A stretch of DNA of 64,000 nucleotides from a virus (lineage: Duplodnaviria > Heunggongvirae > Uroviricota > Caudoviricetes): the IMG/VR virus record IMGVR_UViG_3300027692_000003, one strand, 5' to 3'. Each line of letters starts with the position of its first letter. The stretch's first letter is position 1. The position numbers and the translations under genes are program-made. The notes under the pieces were generated by a model. That model made no database searches and was not told the DNA's origin. It saw nothing but the letters and a program-made list of their open reading frames with translations. This document shows, one piece after another, positions 52,644 to 61,898 of this stretch.

Positions 52644-52902
52644 CCGGCGCCGCTGCCACAGGATGCCGGCGCGCCGGCTGACAACGGCAGCCAGGTTGCG
52701 GGTAATGTCCGGCACGGGCGGGGCTGTGACCTTCGCGCGGGAAGGGGCAGCGATGGGCGACAGCGGAGCCAGCCGGACAACGGACCCGGAACCCGGCCGC
52801 GGTGAGGCTGAGATGGCCGAACCGTACGTCCTCACCGGTTTCGCCCGCGGATACCCGGTCCCGCGCCTGCCAGCTGAGCTGCAGCCAGGGACGGAACCAG
52901 GC

Positions 52903-53169
52903 TTAACCCTGCTGAGGAGGCTCCACCCCAGGCAGCTGGCCGTCCGGACCCAGGTCGAACTCGCCGTCCTTGACACCCAGGACGAACGCTTCCCATTCCG
53001 CCTCAGTGAAGTACAGCTTGTCTCCGTCGGGGTCGGCCGCGTCGAACATCACGTAGAGCTTAGGCTGGTCCGCCTTATTACCGGCGCCGGACGTGTCAGT
53101 GGCCTCAGTCACCGTCACGTGGCTTTCCTGGGGCTGGCCGACGGGCATCTGGCCGCTGGTTCTCGCCAT
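52903..53169 (-). CDS. DUF397-like protein (divergent)
   Basis: DAADPDGDKLYFTEAEWEAFVLGVKDGEFD. Confidence 0.8.
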   Translation of the reverse strand: MARTSGQMPVGQPQESHVTVTEATDTSGAGNKADQPKLYVMFDAADPDGDKLYFTEAEWEAFVLGVKDGEFDLGPDGQLPGVEPPQQG

Positions 53170-53331
53170 CCGGTCAGGTTACCGGAATTTTCTCGCGTGC
53201 TAGAGGGGCTTGGCGGTAAGCGATCTTGCCCGGTGAGTCTATGCTGCTTACAGGGTCGGCATTACCGCGAGAAAACCCCCAGACGCCCGTTGCGCCTGGG
53301 GGTTTCCTCCATTTCCGGGTGGACCAGCCTT

Positions 53332-53535
53332 CTAGCTGTGGTCGCCTGCCTTCAGCCCGTCAGTGAACTCGCGCCACGCCGCGGCGCCGAAGGACAGGAC
53401 AGGGCCGCTCCTGTCCTTCGTGTCCCGTACGGCCACCAGCTCCAGCCCGGCGTGGCCGACTTCGACGCAGCTATCCTGCGCTCCGCTGTATGTCGCTTTC
53501 CGCCACCCATGGGCGGCATGCTCGGTAAGGGTCAT
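53332..53535 (-). CDS. DUF397 protein (Scr2/BldB-like)
   Basis: WRKATYSG...CVEVG...VAVRDTKDR.GPVL.F...AWREF..GLK. Confidence 0.95.
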   Translation of the reverse strand: MTLTEHAAHGWRKATYSGAQDSCVEVGHAGLELVAVRDTKDRSGPVLSFGAAAWREFTDGLKAGDHS

Positions 53536-53555
53536 TACCGCGCTCCTTATGGTCT

Positions 53556-54407
53556 TCAGCCTTTCACCGAGGCTTTCTCGGCGAAACTGATGGTCTCACG
53601 CTGGGATAGGGCGGCGGCTGTGAGGTCGCTGAATATTCGGCTGAACCGATCGAGATCGTACAGTTCCTCCACGTATATGTCACCGGCGAGCGTCCTCAGG
53701 TAAGCCGAGTCGTCGTATCCCTCCTCGGGGTACTGCAGGATGGTGAACGCTCCGGACATCGCCGAGTACGCTCCCGCGCTGAACGGCAGGATCTGGATAT
53801 CGACATGGGGGATGGCGGCGGCCTCGGCCAGGTGCAGCAGCTGGCTGTACATGATCTCGTCGCTTCCGACAACCCGCCGGATAGCGGCCTCATCGATGAC
53901 CGCCCACAGCCGGGTAGGCGGATTGCGCCGCAGGATGGCCTGCCGGTTCATCCGCAGCCCGACGAGCCGCTCGACCTGCTCCTCGTTCGGCGGCGGCGAC
54001 CCTGATTTGATGACCGCGCGCGCGTACTCCTGCGTCTGGAGCAGGCCGGGGATGTAGGTCGTCTCGAAGGTCCGCACGGCCGAGGCGGCGTCCTCAAGTC
54101 CTACGTAAGTGACCTGGGGATCTGAGACGAGATCCCGGTAGTCGTGCCACCAGCCCCTGAGCCGCGCTTCGCGGCAGACAGTCAGGAGCCGGTCCGCCTG
54201 CAGGACGGGTACCCCGTAGAAGTCCAGCAGCATGCGTACGTCAGCTACGGAAGCCGGGGAGACGCCAGCTTCCATCCGGCTGATCTTGGACTGGGCACAG
54301 CCCAGCTGCTCGGCTGCCTGCGCGGCGGTGATCCCGGCTGCCTTCCGGGCCTTGGAGAGCTCTGCGGCGAGATACCGCCGCCTGATTGTCGGGCTGCTGT
54401 CGGTCAT
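53556..54407 (-). CDS. XRE-HTH + DUF5753 regulator (Scr1/WhiJ-like)
   Basis: RRRYLAAELSKARK.AG.T...AA..LG...SKISRME.G, GWW, IPGLLQT.EYA.AVI, RMNRQ.IL, WAVIDEAAIRR.VG..EIM..QL.HL. Confidence 0.95.
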   Translation of the reverse strand: MTDSSPTIRRRYLAAELSKARKAAGITAAQAAEQLGCAQSKISRMEAGVSPASVADVRMLLDFYGVPVLQADRLLTVCREARLRGWWHDYRDLVSDPQVTYVGLEDAASAVRTFETTYIPGLLQTQEYARAVIKSGSPPPNEEQVERLVGLRMNRQAILRRNPPTRLWAVIDEAAIRRVVGSDEIMYSQLLHLAEAAAIPHVDIQILPFSAGAYSAMSGAFTILQYPEEGYDDSAYLRTLAGDIYVEELYDLDRFSRIFSDLTAAALSQRETISFAEKASVKG

Positions 54408-54667
54408 CCTGGCACCTCAGGGTTACGGGAGAGGAGAGTTGTCACGGAAACTCGGACATTTCGGATACATTCTATCGTGGATATTGCATCGTTAACAGGT
54501 GCATGACACTCTGATCATGCAGGCACTCCCTGCCTTCTCTAGACCCTGGGGGGATGGGCATGAGGCTGCTAGCGGGTCCCTGTTAATCGTGGCACGGGAT
54601 GCGTCAGCGGCCTCTTGCTGAGGCGGATTTACGTGCCTGGGAATAACCGTGAAAGGGAGGGACAGAA

Positions 54668-55168
54668 GTGAGTCAGGATCCCATTCAGGCCCGGCTCCGG
54701 GCACTCCAGGAGGATTACCCCGCCTGGGATATCCGGTTTACCCAGAGCAAGCAGAATAGCACTGGAGCGCCCATAGCGACGCGACTCACGGCGCCGACAA
54801 ACGAGATGATCGCCGCGGGTGTTCACTACACCGTCGCAACGTCGGCCTCCCTCCGCGACCCCCATGAGCAGCTGGATGACCTGCGGGGACAGCTGCTAGC
54901 CCAGGAACGGGCCGATGAGCGGTTCCTCGCCTCGGCAACTTCTTTAAGCGGCCAGTTCCCGAACCCGGTGTGCATCACGGGCCGGTATATGGCAGTATCG
55001 TCAGCGACGAAGCCCGCCCTAACCTTGAGGCGGGCTCTTGGGAACAGCCTTCGCGGTCTCCTGCTGGGTGCGGGCGGACGGAAGGGATCCCCGAGGACGG
55101 CCGTCCGGTGCTCTGGCAAGTTCACCGGCCGGCCGTTTCTGTTTCCCCCCGCGGCCGTGACGATATGA
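54668..55168 (+). CDS. Hypothetical protein
   Basis: RLRALQEDYPAWDI... N-terminus typical of small actinomycete proteins divergent from XRE genes; RBS gggaggg. Confidence 0.55.
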   Translation: MSQDPIQARLRALQEDYPAWDIRFTQSKQNSTGAPIATRLTAPTNEMIAAGVHYTVATSASLRDPHEQLDDLRGQLLAQERADERFLASATSLSGQFPNPVCITGRYMAVSSATKPALTLRRALGNSLRGLLLGAGGRKGSPRTAVRCSGKFTGRPFLFPPAAVTI

Positions 55169-55255
55169 CCCATTCCGCGTATTTCCGCGCGTAAAGCTAT
55201 GCCTGGGCACTCACCGGTATCGCGTGGTTGACGATGATCACCAGCCGGGCTTAGC

Positions 55256-55290
55256 GTGACCCTCTGGCGCAATTGCGCCAGGAGGGTCGC
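55256..55290. repeat. Long inverted repeat/hairpin
   Basis: gaccctc-tggcgc-aatt-gcgcca-g-gagggtc. Confidence 0.6.
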
Positions 55291-55426
55291 TGTTCTCACC
55301 CAGCCCGGAGGGGACCGGGGTTAACCTGCGCGGCGGATAAAGCTGGCCGCCGGGCAAGTCCGTTGAGGGAGGGAAGCGGTACCCGGGCGTCCCGCACCAG
55401 GGACGCCATCCGGATGCCGCGAGGAG

Positions 55427-55840
55427 ATGGATGCGGACCCAGTACCGCATGTCACGAAGTCCCGCCGCGTGGCCACGCACTGGCCCCGCGCCGTCGGGTG
55501 GGCCACCCTGGCAGCACTGTGGCCCGCCATACTCACGATCAGCAGCAGGCTGCCCGCCAGGGATGCCTTCACCGTGGACAACCTGGACGAGATGGGCCGC
55601 ACGGCTACGGTGATCCTCGTCTTCTTCCTGCTCGTCGTCCCGGTCGCCGCCCGGGCATTCGAGGCGCTCATCGTGCAGGTGTGCGAGGAGGCGAGGGAGA
55701 TATCGGATGCTTCCGCGGCGCGCATCGCCGCGGCGGTCGCCGACGAGGTCCGGGGCCGGGAGACCAGGAGGCCGGCCGGGGACGGCCGCTGGCTCCGGGT
55801 CGCGCAGAAGGACCAGGGGGGACAGCCCCCGGAGGCTTAG
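55427..55840 (+). CDS. Two-TM membrane protein
   Basis: WATLAALWPAILTIS and VILVFFLLVVPVAA; converges on the repressor stop. Confidence 0.6.
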   Translation: MDADPVPHVTKSRRVATHWPRAVGWATLAALWPAILTISSRLPARDAFTVDNLDEMGRTATVILVFFLLVVPVAARAFEALIVQVCEEAREISDASAARIAAAVADEVRGRETRRPAGDGRWLRVAQKDQGGQPPEA

Positions 55841-56391
55841 GCGCTCTCGGCCGGGCCGCCGTTGCCGTCGCTGCCCTGCGGTTCCGCCCGGCGGGCATTC
55901 TCGATGTCCCGGCGGGCATTCTCGATGTCCTGGCGGGCATTCTCGATGTCCCTGCGGACGTTCCGGAACCGGCGGACATCCGTGGCCCGCCGCAGCGGGT
56001 CGGGGTTGGCGACCAGGCGGTCCTCGATGGCGTCCAGCATGTCATTGCCGGCATCCACGATCTGCTGGTACGCGAGGGTCAGGGCATCGGCTCCGAGCGG
56101 GGCTCCCGGTGCGGGCGGCAGCACGGCAGGATCCCCGGACTCGATGTAGGCGAGGATCGACCCGGCGGGCATCTCATAGACCCGCTCGAGGCTCGCGAGC
56201 ATCGCCGGCTTGTACGTCTTCCGCACCCCGGTCTCGATGTCGCGTATGACGCTCCCGCTGATCATGGCGCGGGTTACCCGGTCGCTTGCCGCGAACCGTG
56301 ACCGGCGCCGCCACTGCGGGCTCAGCTGCCCGCGCCGCCCCTGCAGGAAGGCCCCCAGGCGCTTCCAGTCATCAGCCTGCGGTCCTTGCAC
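55837..56391 (-). CDS. XRE-type phage immunity repressor
   Basis: DWKRLGAFLQGRR..L...W..RS.FA...ISGSVIRDIETG.RKTY....LASLERVYE...GSI; divergent from Cro-like gene. Confidence 0.75.
   Translation of the reverse strand: MQGPQADDWKRLGAFLQGRRGQLSPQWRRRSRFAASDRVTRAMISGSVIRDIETGVRKTYKPAMLASLERVYEMPAGSILAYIESGDPAVLPPAPGAPLGADALTLAYQQIVDAGNDMLDAIEDRLVANPDPLRRATDVRRFRNVRRDIENARQDIENARRDIENARRAEPQGSDGNGGPAESA
55890..55952. repeat. 3 x 21-bp in-frame tandem repeat in the repressor
   Basis: ggcgggcattctcgatgtcc(c/t) x3, encoding (R/Q)DIENAR heptads. Confidence 0.95.
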
Positions 56392-56578
56392 GTACACCCT
56401 CGCTGGTAGACGCCTTGCTGGCGGGAAAAATGTTAACAGAAACCGTCGCAAGCCAGGGACGGGGCCCGTGAACGGGGGGTGCTGGGTTTACGGCATTAGA
56501 ACCCTAATCTTCATGCCACGGAAAATAAAGTGCCAAAACACTTGCCCCGCCGCCCGGCCGGCGACTAAATTCCCCCAC

Positions 56579-56908
56579 ATGACCAAAACAGCTGGCCACC
56601 CCGGCGGCGTCGTCATCCGGCACGATCCGGGCGTCATGCGCGACACAAGACGGGCCCTCGGCCTGTCCATCGTGGAACTGGCCGGCAGGGCCGGGCGCTC
56701 CCGCAGCGTCATCTCGCGGTATGAGCGCGGCGAGAGGAACATGACCTGGGAGTCGCTGCATGCGGTCGCGCGCAGCCTGCACTTCGATAACCCTGCCGAC
56801 CTGCTGGTAGAGCCCTTCGCCCAGAGGATGCGGGCCGCCCAGCGGCGGCAGCGGGCCGCCCAGCGGCGCGAGGAGGCCGGGCGCGAGAGCGAGCCGATCG
56901 CCTCATGA
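56579..56908 (+). CDS. Cro-like XRE HTH protein
   Basis: MRDTRRALGLSIVELAGRAGRSRSVISRYERGER....SLHAVARSL. Confidence 0.85.
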   Translation: MTKTAGHPGGVVIRHDPGVMRDTRRALGLSIVELAGRAGRSRSVISRYERGERNMTWESLHAVARSLHFDNPADLLVEPFAQRMRAAQRRQRAAQRREEAGRESEPIAS

Positions 56909-57159
56909 GCGCCGTCCTGACCGCTGAGGAGATCGCGGCGATCCGCGCCCTTCCCCCGATCGACCCAGAGATGGCATACCGGATCGCCCGGATCATGCCT
57001 CTCGAGCCTGCGAGCAGCGGCAGCACAGCAGCCTTACCAGCCCGGACAAGAATTTGGGACCCCTGCCCGTTGCGCCGGGCAGAGGTCCCCAGGTTAGAAG
57101 CAGGACCCAACTGCCAAGTCGGTGTTCCACAGCTTCGTGCATTCAGGATAAGCGACTAG
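56905..57159 (+). CDS. Small hypothetical protein after cro
   Basis: ATGA overlap; N-terminus LTAEEIAAIRALPPID plausible, C-terminus doubtful. Confidence 0.45.
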   Translation: MSAVLTAEEIAAIRALPPIDPEMAYRIARIMPLEPASSGSTAALPARTRIWDPCPLRRAEVPRLEAGPNCQVGVPQLRAFRISD

Positions 57160-57228
57160 GGGCGGGAGGGCCACCTTGTTGGCCATTGGAGAAAGTGACA
57201 AAACCCTTACCAGTAAGGGGATCCGGTC

Positions 57229-57435
57229 ATGAGCGGCGACCGGGAAGCCGAGCCGCTGCTGACGCCGGCGGAGGTCGCCACGATGTTCCGTGTCGACCCC
57301 AAGACCGTCACGCGGTGGGCGAAGGCAGGGAAACTGACCTCGATCCGCACGCTGGGCGGCCACCGCAGGTACCGGGAGAAAGAGGTCCGGTACCTGCTTG
57401 CTGGCGTGCCTGAGCCGGCGGCGGCACGGTCATGA
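57229..57435 (+). CDS. bldC: BldC-family developmental regulator
   Basis: AEPLLTPAEVATMFRVDPKTVTRWAKAGKLTSIRTLGGHRRYRE matches Streptomyces BldC as I recall it; 68 aa. Confidence 0.95.
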   Translation: MSGDREAEPLLTPAEVATMFRVDPKTVTRWAKAGKLTSIRTLGGHRRYREKEVRYLLAGVPEPAAARS

Positions 57436-59168
57436 CTGCGGAGGCCGGGGCACCCGCCGCCTGTGACGAGGCGGCGGCCGTGCCCGTGACGAGCGGGGAC
57501 GCGGCAGTACCCGGGGATGAGCCCCGGGCTGCTGCTGCTGCCCCGGCCTCGGCTGGACCCGTCCCGGACCCGGCCCCGCCGGCGGGACGGGCGCTCATCC
57601 CGCCGCCGGGATCACCGTTCCCCCCGTTCGCGCACCTGCCGGTCGTCGTCCGGTGCGAGATCGCCACCCTGACCTGCCGTCCCGAGGACGCATGCGACGC
57701 CACCTGGACCGCACCCGACGCCCAGTACACCGTGGAGGCCGCCATGGCGGCGGCCCGCCGCGAAGGCTGGGGTTACGGCGGCTGGCGCCTCCGGATGTGC
57801 CCCGAGCACCAGCAGGAGCCACTGCCCCGGCGGGAACCACTGCCCCGCCGGAACGGACCCCCCAGACCCCCGGTACCACCCGGACCCGTACCACCCGCAC
57901 CCGTACAGGTGCCCGTCCGCTTCTTAACAGCCACCCGTAACCCGAGATCTCAAGGAACTTGCCACATGACTCAGCCAGCCCCGGTAGCCGAGGAGCCGTC
58001 GCCTGTCCGCGTGGCCGACGACGAGACCAGCGAGCGGTATTACCCCTACCCGCCGACCAGAGAGCGCCTGGATTCCGTGACCATGGTCATCTCCTGCACG
58101 GACTTCAAGCCGTGGATACCAGGCTGGTACAGCAGGTCATCGACAGCCTGGTGCGTCGACCACATCAGCCGCGTCCGCCGGGTGAAGCGCCGCCACGGCC
58201 GTGACGCCGCGATCCTGCTCGGGAAGGACGCCGCCGAGCAGGAGCGCCACATCAAGGCCGACGCGGGCACATACGTCCACGACGTCAAGGAGGCCCTGCT
58301 GCGGTGGGCGTGGCTCCCCGGCCGGTCCGGGGCCAGCATCGCCCTGCCGGAATTTCCCCCCCATCTCGCCCGCGCCCTGTACGACGGGGAGCCGGTGGCC
58401 GAGGTGATCGACTTCATGGTCACGGGTTTCGTCAACTTCGTCTCCGCCTGCAGCCCCCGGTTCCTGGCGACCGAGATGACGGTGTACAACCAGCCCCTGG
58501 GGATCGCGGGGACCCTCGACGGGATCATGGAGCTGGACGGGTACGCGATCAGCATCGGGACGGGCCTGCACGGCGCCGACGAGGTCATCGCCTGCCCCGG
58601 CAGCATCCTGACTCTCTGCGAGGACACCAAGACCGGCAGGAACCCGGACGGCACGTGGAAAGAGCAGCTCGCCGCATACCGGCGGATGCGCGAATGCAGG
58701 CCGGACCGGCAGTTCGATGACCTGTACCCGATGCTGCCCACGGACGCCGCGGTGGTGCTGCACCTGCGCCCGGAGTACCCGGACGGCTGGCTGCTGATGC
58801 TGGTCTCCGCCGGGGAAGAGGAGGCGGCGTGGGACCGGTTCCAGGGCGCCGCCCGTATCTACCGGGACCGGCAGGCGGTCAGGAACAAGCCCGGAGTCTC
58901 CATCCGGCCGCTCCGTGCCGACGGCACATTGCCGGGACCCCGGCTGTGCGACCTCGCCGCCGAAGGGTACGGCCGGGCGCTGGCGCCGCTGCGGGAAGCA
59001 CTCGGCGGCGGCGCCGAACTCGAAGACATCGCCAGGTTCACGGCGGGCGAGCTGCTCGCGGTGAGAGGTGTCGGGCCGAAGCTGATCGAGACGATCCGCG
59101 TGATGCTCCGCGACCACGGCCTCGCCCTGGCCGAGGACAGCGCCGTCACTGTGCAGAAGGCCGCCTGA
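57432..59168 (+). CDS. PD-(D/E)xK exonuclease (RecE/Cas4-like) with C-terminal HhH domain; Pro-rich Zn-finger N-terminal extension may be a separate gene (internal ATG 57966)
   Basis: AGTYVH, FLATEMTVY, IAGTLDGI, EDTKTG, EQLAAY; ELLAVRGVGPKLIETIR. Confidence 0.8.
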   Translation: MTAEAGAPAACDEAAAVPVTSGDAAVPGDEPRAAAAAPASAGPVPDPAPPAGRALIPPPGSPFPPFAHLPVVVRCEIATLTCRPEDACDATWTAPDAQYTVEAAMAAARREGWGYGGWRLRMCPEHQQEPLPRREPLPRRNGPPRPPVPPGPVPPAPVQVPVRFLTATRNPRSQGTCHMTQPAPVAEEPSPVRVADDETSERYYPYPPTRERLDSVTMVISCTDFKPWIPGWYSRSSTAWCVDHISRVRRVKRRHGRDAAILLGKDAAEQERHIKADAGTYVHDVKEALLRWAWLPGRSGASIALPEFPPHLARALYDGEPVAEVIDFMVTGFVNFVSACSPRFLATEMTVYNQPLGIAGTLDGIMELDGYAISIGTGLHGADEVIACPGSILTLCEDTKTGRNPDGTWKEQLAAYRRMRECRPDRQFDDLYPMLPTDAAVVLHLRPEYPDGWLLMLVSAGEEEAAWDRFQGAARIYRDRQAVRNKPGVSIRPLRADGTLPGPRLCDLAAEGYGRALAPLREALGGGAELEDIARFTAGELLAVRGVGPKLIETIRVMLRDHGLALAEDSAVTVQKAA

Positions 59169-59170
59169 GC

Positions 59171-60298
59171 ATGCCTATCACCGGATTCGCGGACCTGCAG
59201 CGCCGCTCCGCCCACCTCGGCGAGATCCGCATCGGCACCTCCATCGCGGTGCCCGGGACAAAGGGCCGGCAGCCGGTCAGGCTGTGGACCTACCGGCTGA
59301 CAACGTTCAACGAGTACGCCGCCGACGTCGCCGCAGCCGAGTACGGCGGGACCGTCACCCCGTGGGAACGGCAGAAGGGCAAGTTCGAGGTCACCACGGA
59401 CCGGTCATCCCTGGACGTGTGGGTGCCGCCCCGCGGCGCCGCCGTCGACGCGAACATGGAACTGTGGGTCAATAACTGCCGGAAACGGAAATGCGACGGG
59501 GAAACCGAGTCTGAGTCGGGCCGGCCGTGCATGTGCCCCCGGGACCGGGATGAGCGGCTCCGCCTCGCCGCGATGCGGCCCCCGCGGGCGTGCAGCCCGC
59601 AGACGCTGATGCACGTCACCCTGGACGCCCTCCCCGGCCTGACGGGGGTGTGGCGCCTGGCCACCGGGTCGGCGAGTGCCGCGGTGGAATCCGCCGACAA
59701 CGGGGACGTCATGGCGATCGCGCGGGACAGCAACGTGTTCCTGCCGGCGACCCTCATCATCGAGCGCCGGTACCGGGTCGGTGACGGGTCCCCGTACCCG
59801 GTCCCGGCCCTGCACCCCCGTTCATCGCTGCGGGAGTTCGCGTCGGGCAGCCTCCCAGCCGGTCCTCTGGGGCTGCTGGCCCAGATCCAGGGCGGCCCCG
59901 AGCGGATCGCCATCACCAGCGGCCGGCCCCCGGGGCGCCCGGCACCCGGCATCCCGGTCACCGGCCCCGGCGAGGCCGGTACGCCGGGCCAGGGTCCCGG
60001 CGTGCAGGGGATCGCCCAGCGGATCGCTGACGAGGCCATGCAGGCGACCACCCAGGAGCAGGTGGCCGGGCTCGGCAAGCAGGCTGCCGCGGCGAAGGCC
60101 GGGGAAGTGACGGTCAAGGTCATCGAGGACGGCGAGGAGCTGCTGACCGAGCTGCACCCGTGGCTGCAGGACCGGTGGCGTGAGCTCCCCGCCGCGCCCG
60201 CGACCTTGCCGCCGTCAGCCCCGGTCCCGGCGGCCCGTGCGGCCCGGCCTGAGGATGACGAGCCGTGGCCCGACGCCCCAGCAGGGGCGGCAGCATGA
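59171..60298 (+). CDS. Gp3-like recombination directionality factor / ssDNA-annealing family protein
   Basis: LQRR.A.LGEIRIG, YRLTT, YGG.V.PW, RKCDGE, CMCP, C.P.T...V.L..LPGL.GVWRL.T.S..A..E. Confidence 0.7.
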   Translation: MPITGFADLQRRSAHLGEIRIGTSIAVPGTKGRQPVRLWTYRLTTFNEYAADVAAAEYGGTVTPWERQKGKFEVTTDRSSLDVWVPPRGAAVDANMELWVNNCRKRKCDGETESESGRPCMCPRDRDERLRLAAMRPPRACSPQTLMHVTLDALPGLTGVWRLATGSASAAVESADNGDVMAIARDSNVFLPATLIIERRYRVGDGSPYPVPALHPRSSLREFASGSLPAGPLGLLAQIQGGPERIAITSGRPPGRPAPGIPVTGPGEAGTPGQGPGVQGIAQRIADEAMQATTQEQVAGLGKQAAAAKAGEVTVKVIEDGEELLTELHPWLQDRWRELPAAPATLPPSAPVPAARAARPEDDEPWPDAPAGAAA

Positions 60299-60456
60299 CA
60301 GCCCAGGACGCGGACGCCATGGTGGCTGCCTTCGCGGACACCGCCACCGGCATGGGCCAGGAGTGCGTGCCGTTCACGATGGACACCGATGCCGGGGGGA
60401 ACCTGGCTGTCAGGTGCACCCACGGTCACGTGATAGCCCTCGGGGAGGCATCGTGA
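60295..60456 (+). CDS. Small hypothetical protein
   Basis: 53 aa, ATGA/GTGA overlaps. Confidence 0.5.
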   Translation: MTAQDADAMVAAFADTATGMGQECVPFTMDTDAGGNLAVRCTHGHVIALGEAS

Positions 60457-60983
60457 ACGCCAGCTGCAGATTCGGCCGCGCGTTCCGGAGCCAGGCCAGT
60501 GCTGATGGCGCGGTATGGAAGGGCGCGGACGGTGATCACCCGTTCAAGTGCCGGATCTGCCCGGCATGGCATCTTCACAAGGCAGCGCAGCACACCGGGT
60601 TCAGCGACGGCGTGAAACTCGCTGTCCGGCGCCGCGCCGGCGGCGGCGACATCTTCGAGGCTGTCTGCGAGGCGTGCGGGAGCATGCTCAGGGAGAAGCT
60701 CGGGGAAATCCAGCACATTGTCGCCCGCGGCGCCGGGGGGACCTCCCTCGCCGTGATGGACAGCTGCGCGAACGCTGCCCTGCTGTGCGGTTCAGCGGTC
60801 TGGCATGAAGGCTGCCACGCGAAATGTGAGGACCGTGACCCGGGCATGGCGGCCGACGGGTTCTTCATCACCCACCGCAAGGACCCCCGCACTATCCCGA
60901 TGAGACTGCACGACGGCCGTGACGTGTACCGGTCCGTGGACGGCTCCTACCTCGATGACATGCCTGAACTGGAGGCAGCGTGA
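60453..60983 (+). CDS. HNH-like endonuclease with N-terminal Zn finger
   Basis: CRICPAWH; CEACG...IQHIVARGAGG...NAALLCG...GCH. Confidence 0.7.
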   Translation: MNASCRFGRAFRSQASADGAVWKGADGDHPFKCRICPAWHLHKAAQHTGFSDGVKLAVRRRAGGGDIFEAVCEACGSMLREKLGEIQHIVARGAGGTSLAVMDSCANAALLCGSAVWHEGCHAKCEDRDPGMAADGFFITHRKDPRTIPMRLHDGRDVYRSVDGSYLDDMPELEAA

Positions 60984-61531
60984 ACGACCTCACCGTGTAC
61001 CGGACTGCCGACCCGGACACCATCCGTATCTGGCGGGACGCCTGTACCGCGGTCGACACCTACATTGACCGGATCCGGGATGTGCTGGCCGCGCACGGCG
61101 CCGGCGAGTACGCCGTCATGACCAGGACGGACGGGTGGCGTCCCTGCGAGTTCGCCGGGATCCGGGTCCCGCCCGGCGAGCACCCGCCGGACGGCTGGCG
61201 GCGCGGCCAGGACTGCGAGATACCCGACCGCCGCGTGAAAGCAGGCCAGGCGATCGCCGCCGCACTCGCCGAGGTCATCCACCCTGGCAGCCCTAAGAAC
61301 TCGCTGAAAGGCATGCCGTCGATGGTGTACACCGGCGCTGGCCTGGCCCACCCCGGCGCCGAACTCCTGGAAGGCGGCACCGCCCTGTACGTCCGGTGGG
61401 GCAGGGGTGACCCCGAAGCCACCGGAGGGGAACGGCGGGACCCCGGAGGCAGCGTCGACCACGGGATCTGGGAGCGGATCCCGCTGTCCAGGTACTACCT
61501 GGTGAAGGAGACCGAGGCGGCCGGTGCCTAG
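60980..61531 (+). CDS. Phage hypothetical protein
   Basis: 183 aa, GTGA overlap; WERIPLSRYY C-terminus. Confidence 0.7.
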   Translation: MNDLTVYRTADPDTIRIWRDACTAVDTYIDRIRDVLAAHGAGEYAVMTRTDGWRPCEFAGIRVPPGEHPPDGWRRGQDCEIPDRRVKAGQAIAAALAEVIHPGSPKNSLKGMPSMVYTGAGLAHPGAELLEGGTALYVRWGRGDPEATGGERRDPGGSVDHGIWERIPLSRYYLVKETEAAGA

Positions 61532-61898
61532 CACGGACTGCGCGGACAGCTGTCCCGCACGCATCGCCGCCGCCTGCCGCGAGGCAGGTACGGAGGTCAC
61601 CGTCTCAGCCGGTCCCCCCGCCGCCGGGTCAGGCACTCCGCAGGCGTACCGCTGCCCGCACGACGTCACCTACTGGGTCACCCCGGCCAGCGGCCACGCC
61701 GCCGCAGCGGACGCCAGCGAGGCAGCTGCCGCACACCAGGCACAGCGGGGCACCTGGGCACAGGCCATCAGCGCCGGCCACAAGGCAGGCCGGGCAGCAC
61801 GCAGCAACCCGAGGGCGCGCCACGCACGGTCCGCCCGCCCCCGTCCGGGCATGATCCGGCGGATGCCGCCCGGCGGCAGTCCCGGAGGCGCAGCATGA
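61524..61898 (+). CDS. Hypothetical protein
   Basis: 124 aa, YRCPHDVTYW motif. Confidence 0.5.
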   Translation: MPSTDCADSCPARIAAACREAGTEVTVSAGPPAAGSGTPQAYRCPHDVTYWVTPASGHAAAADASEAAAAHQAQRGTWAQAISAGHKAGRAARSNPRARHARSARPRPGMIRRMPPGGSPGGAA

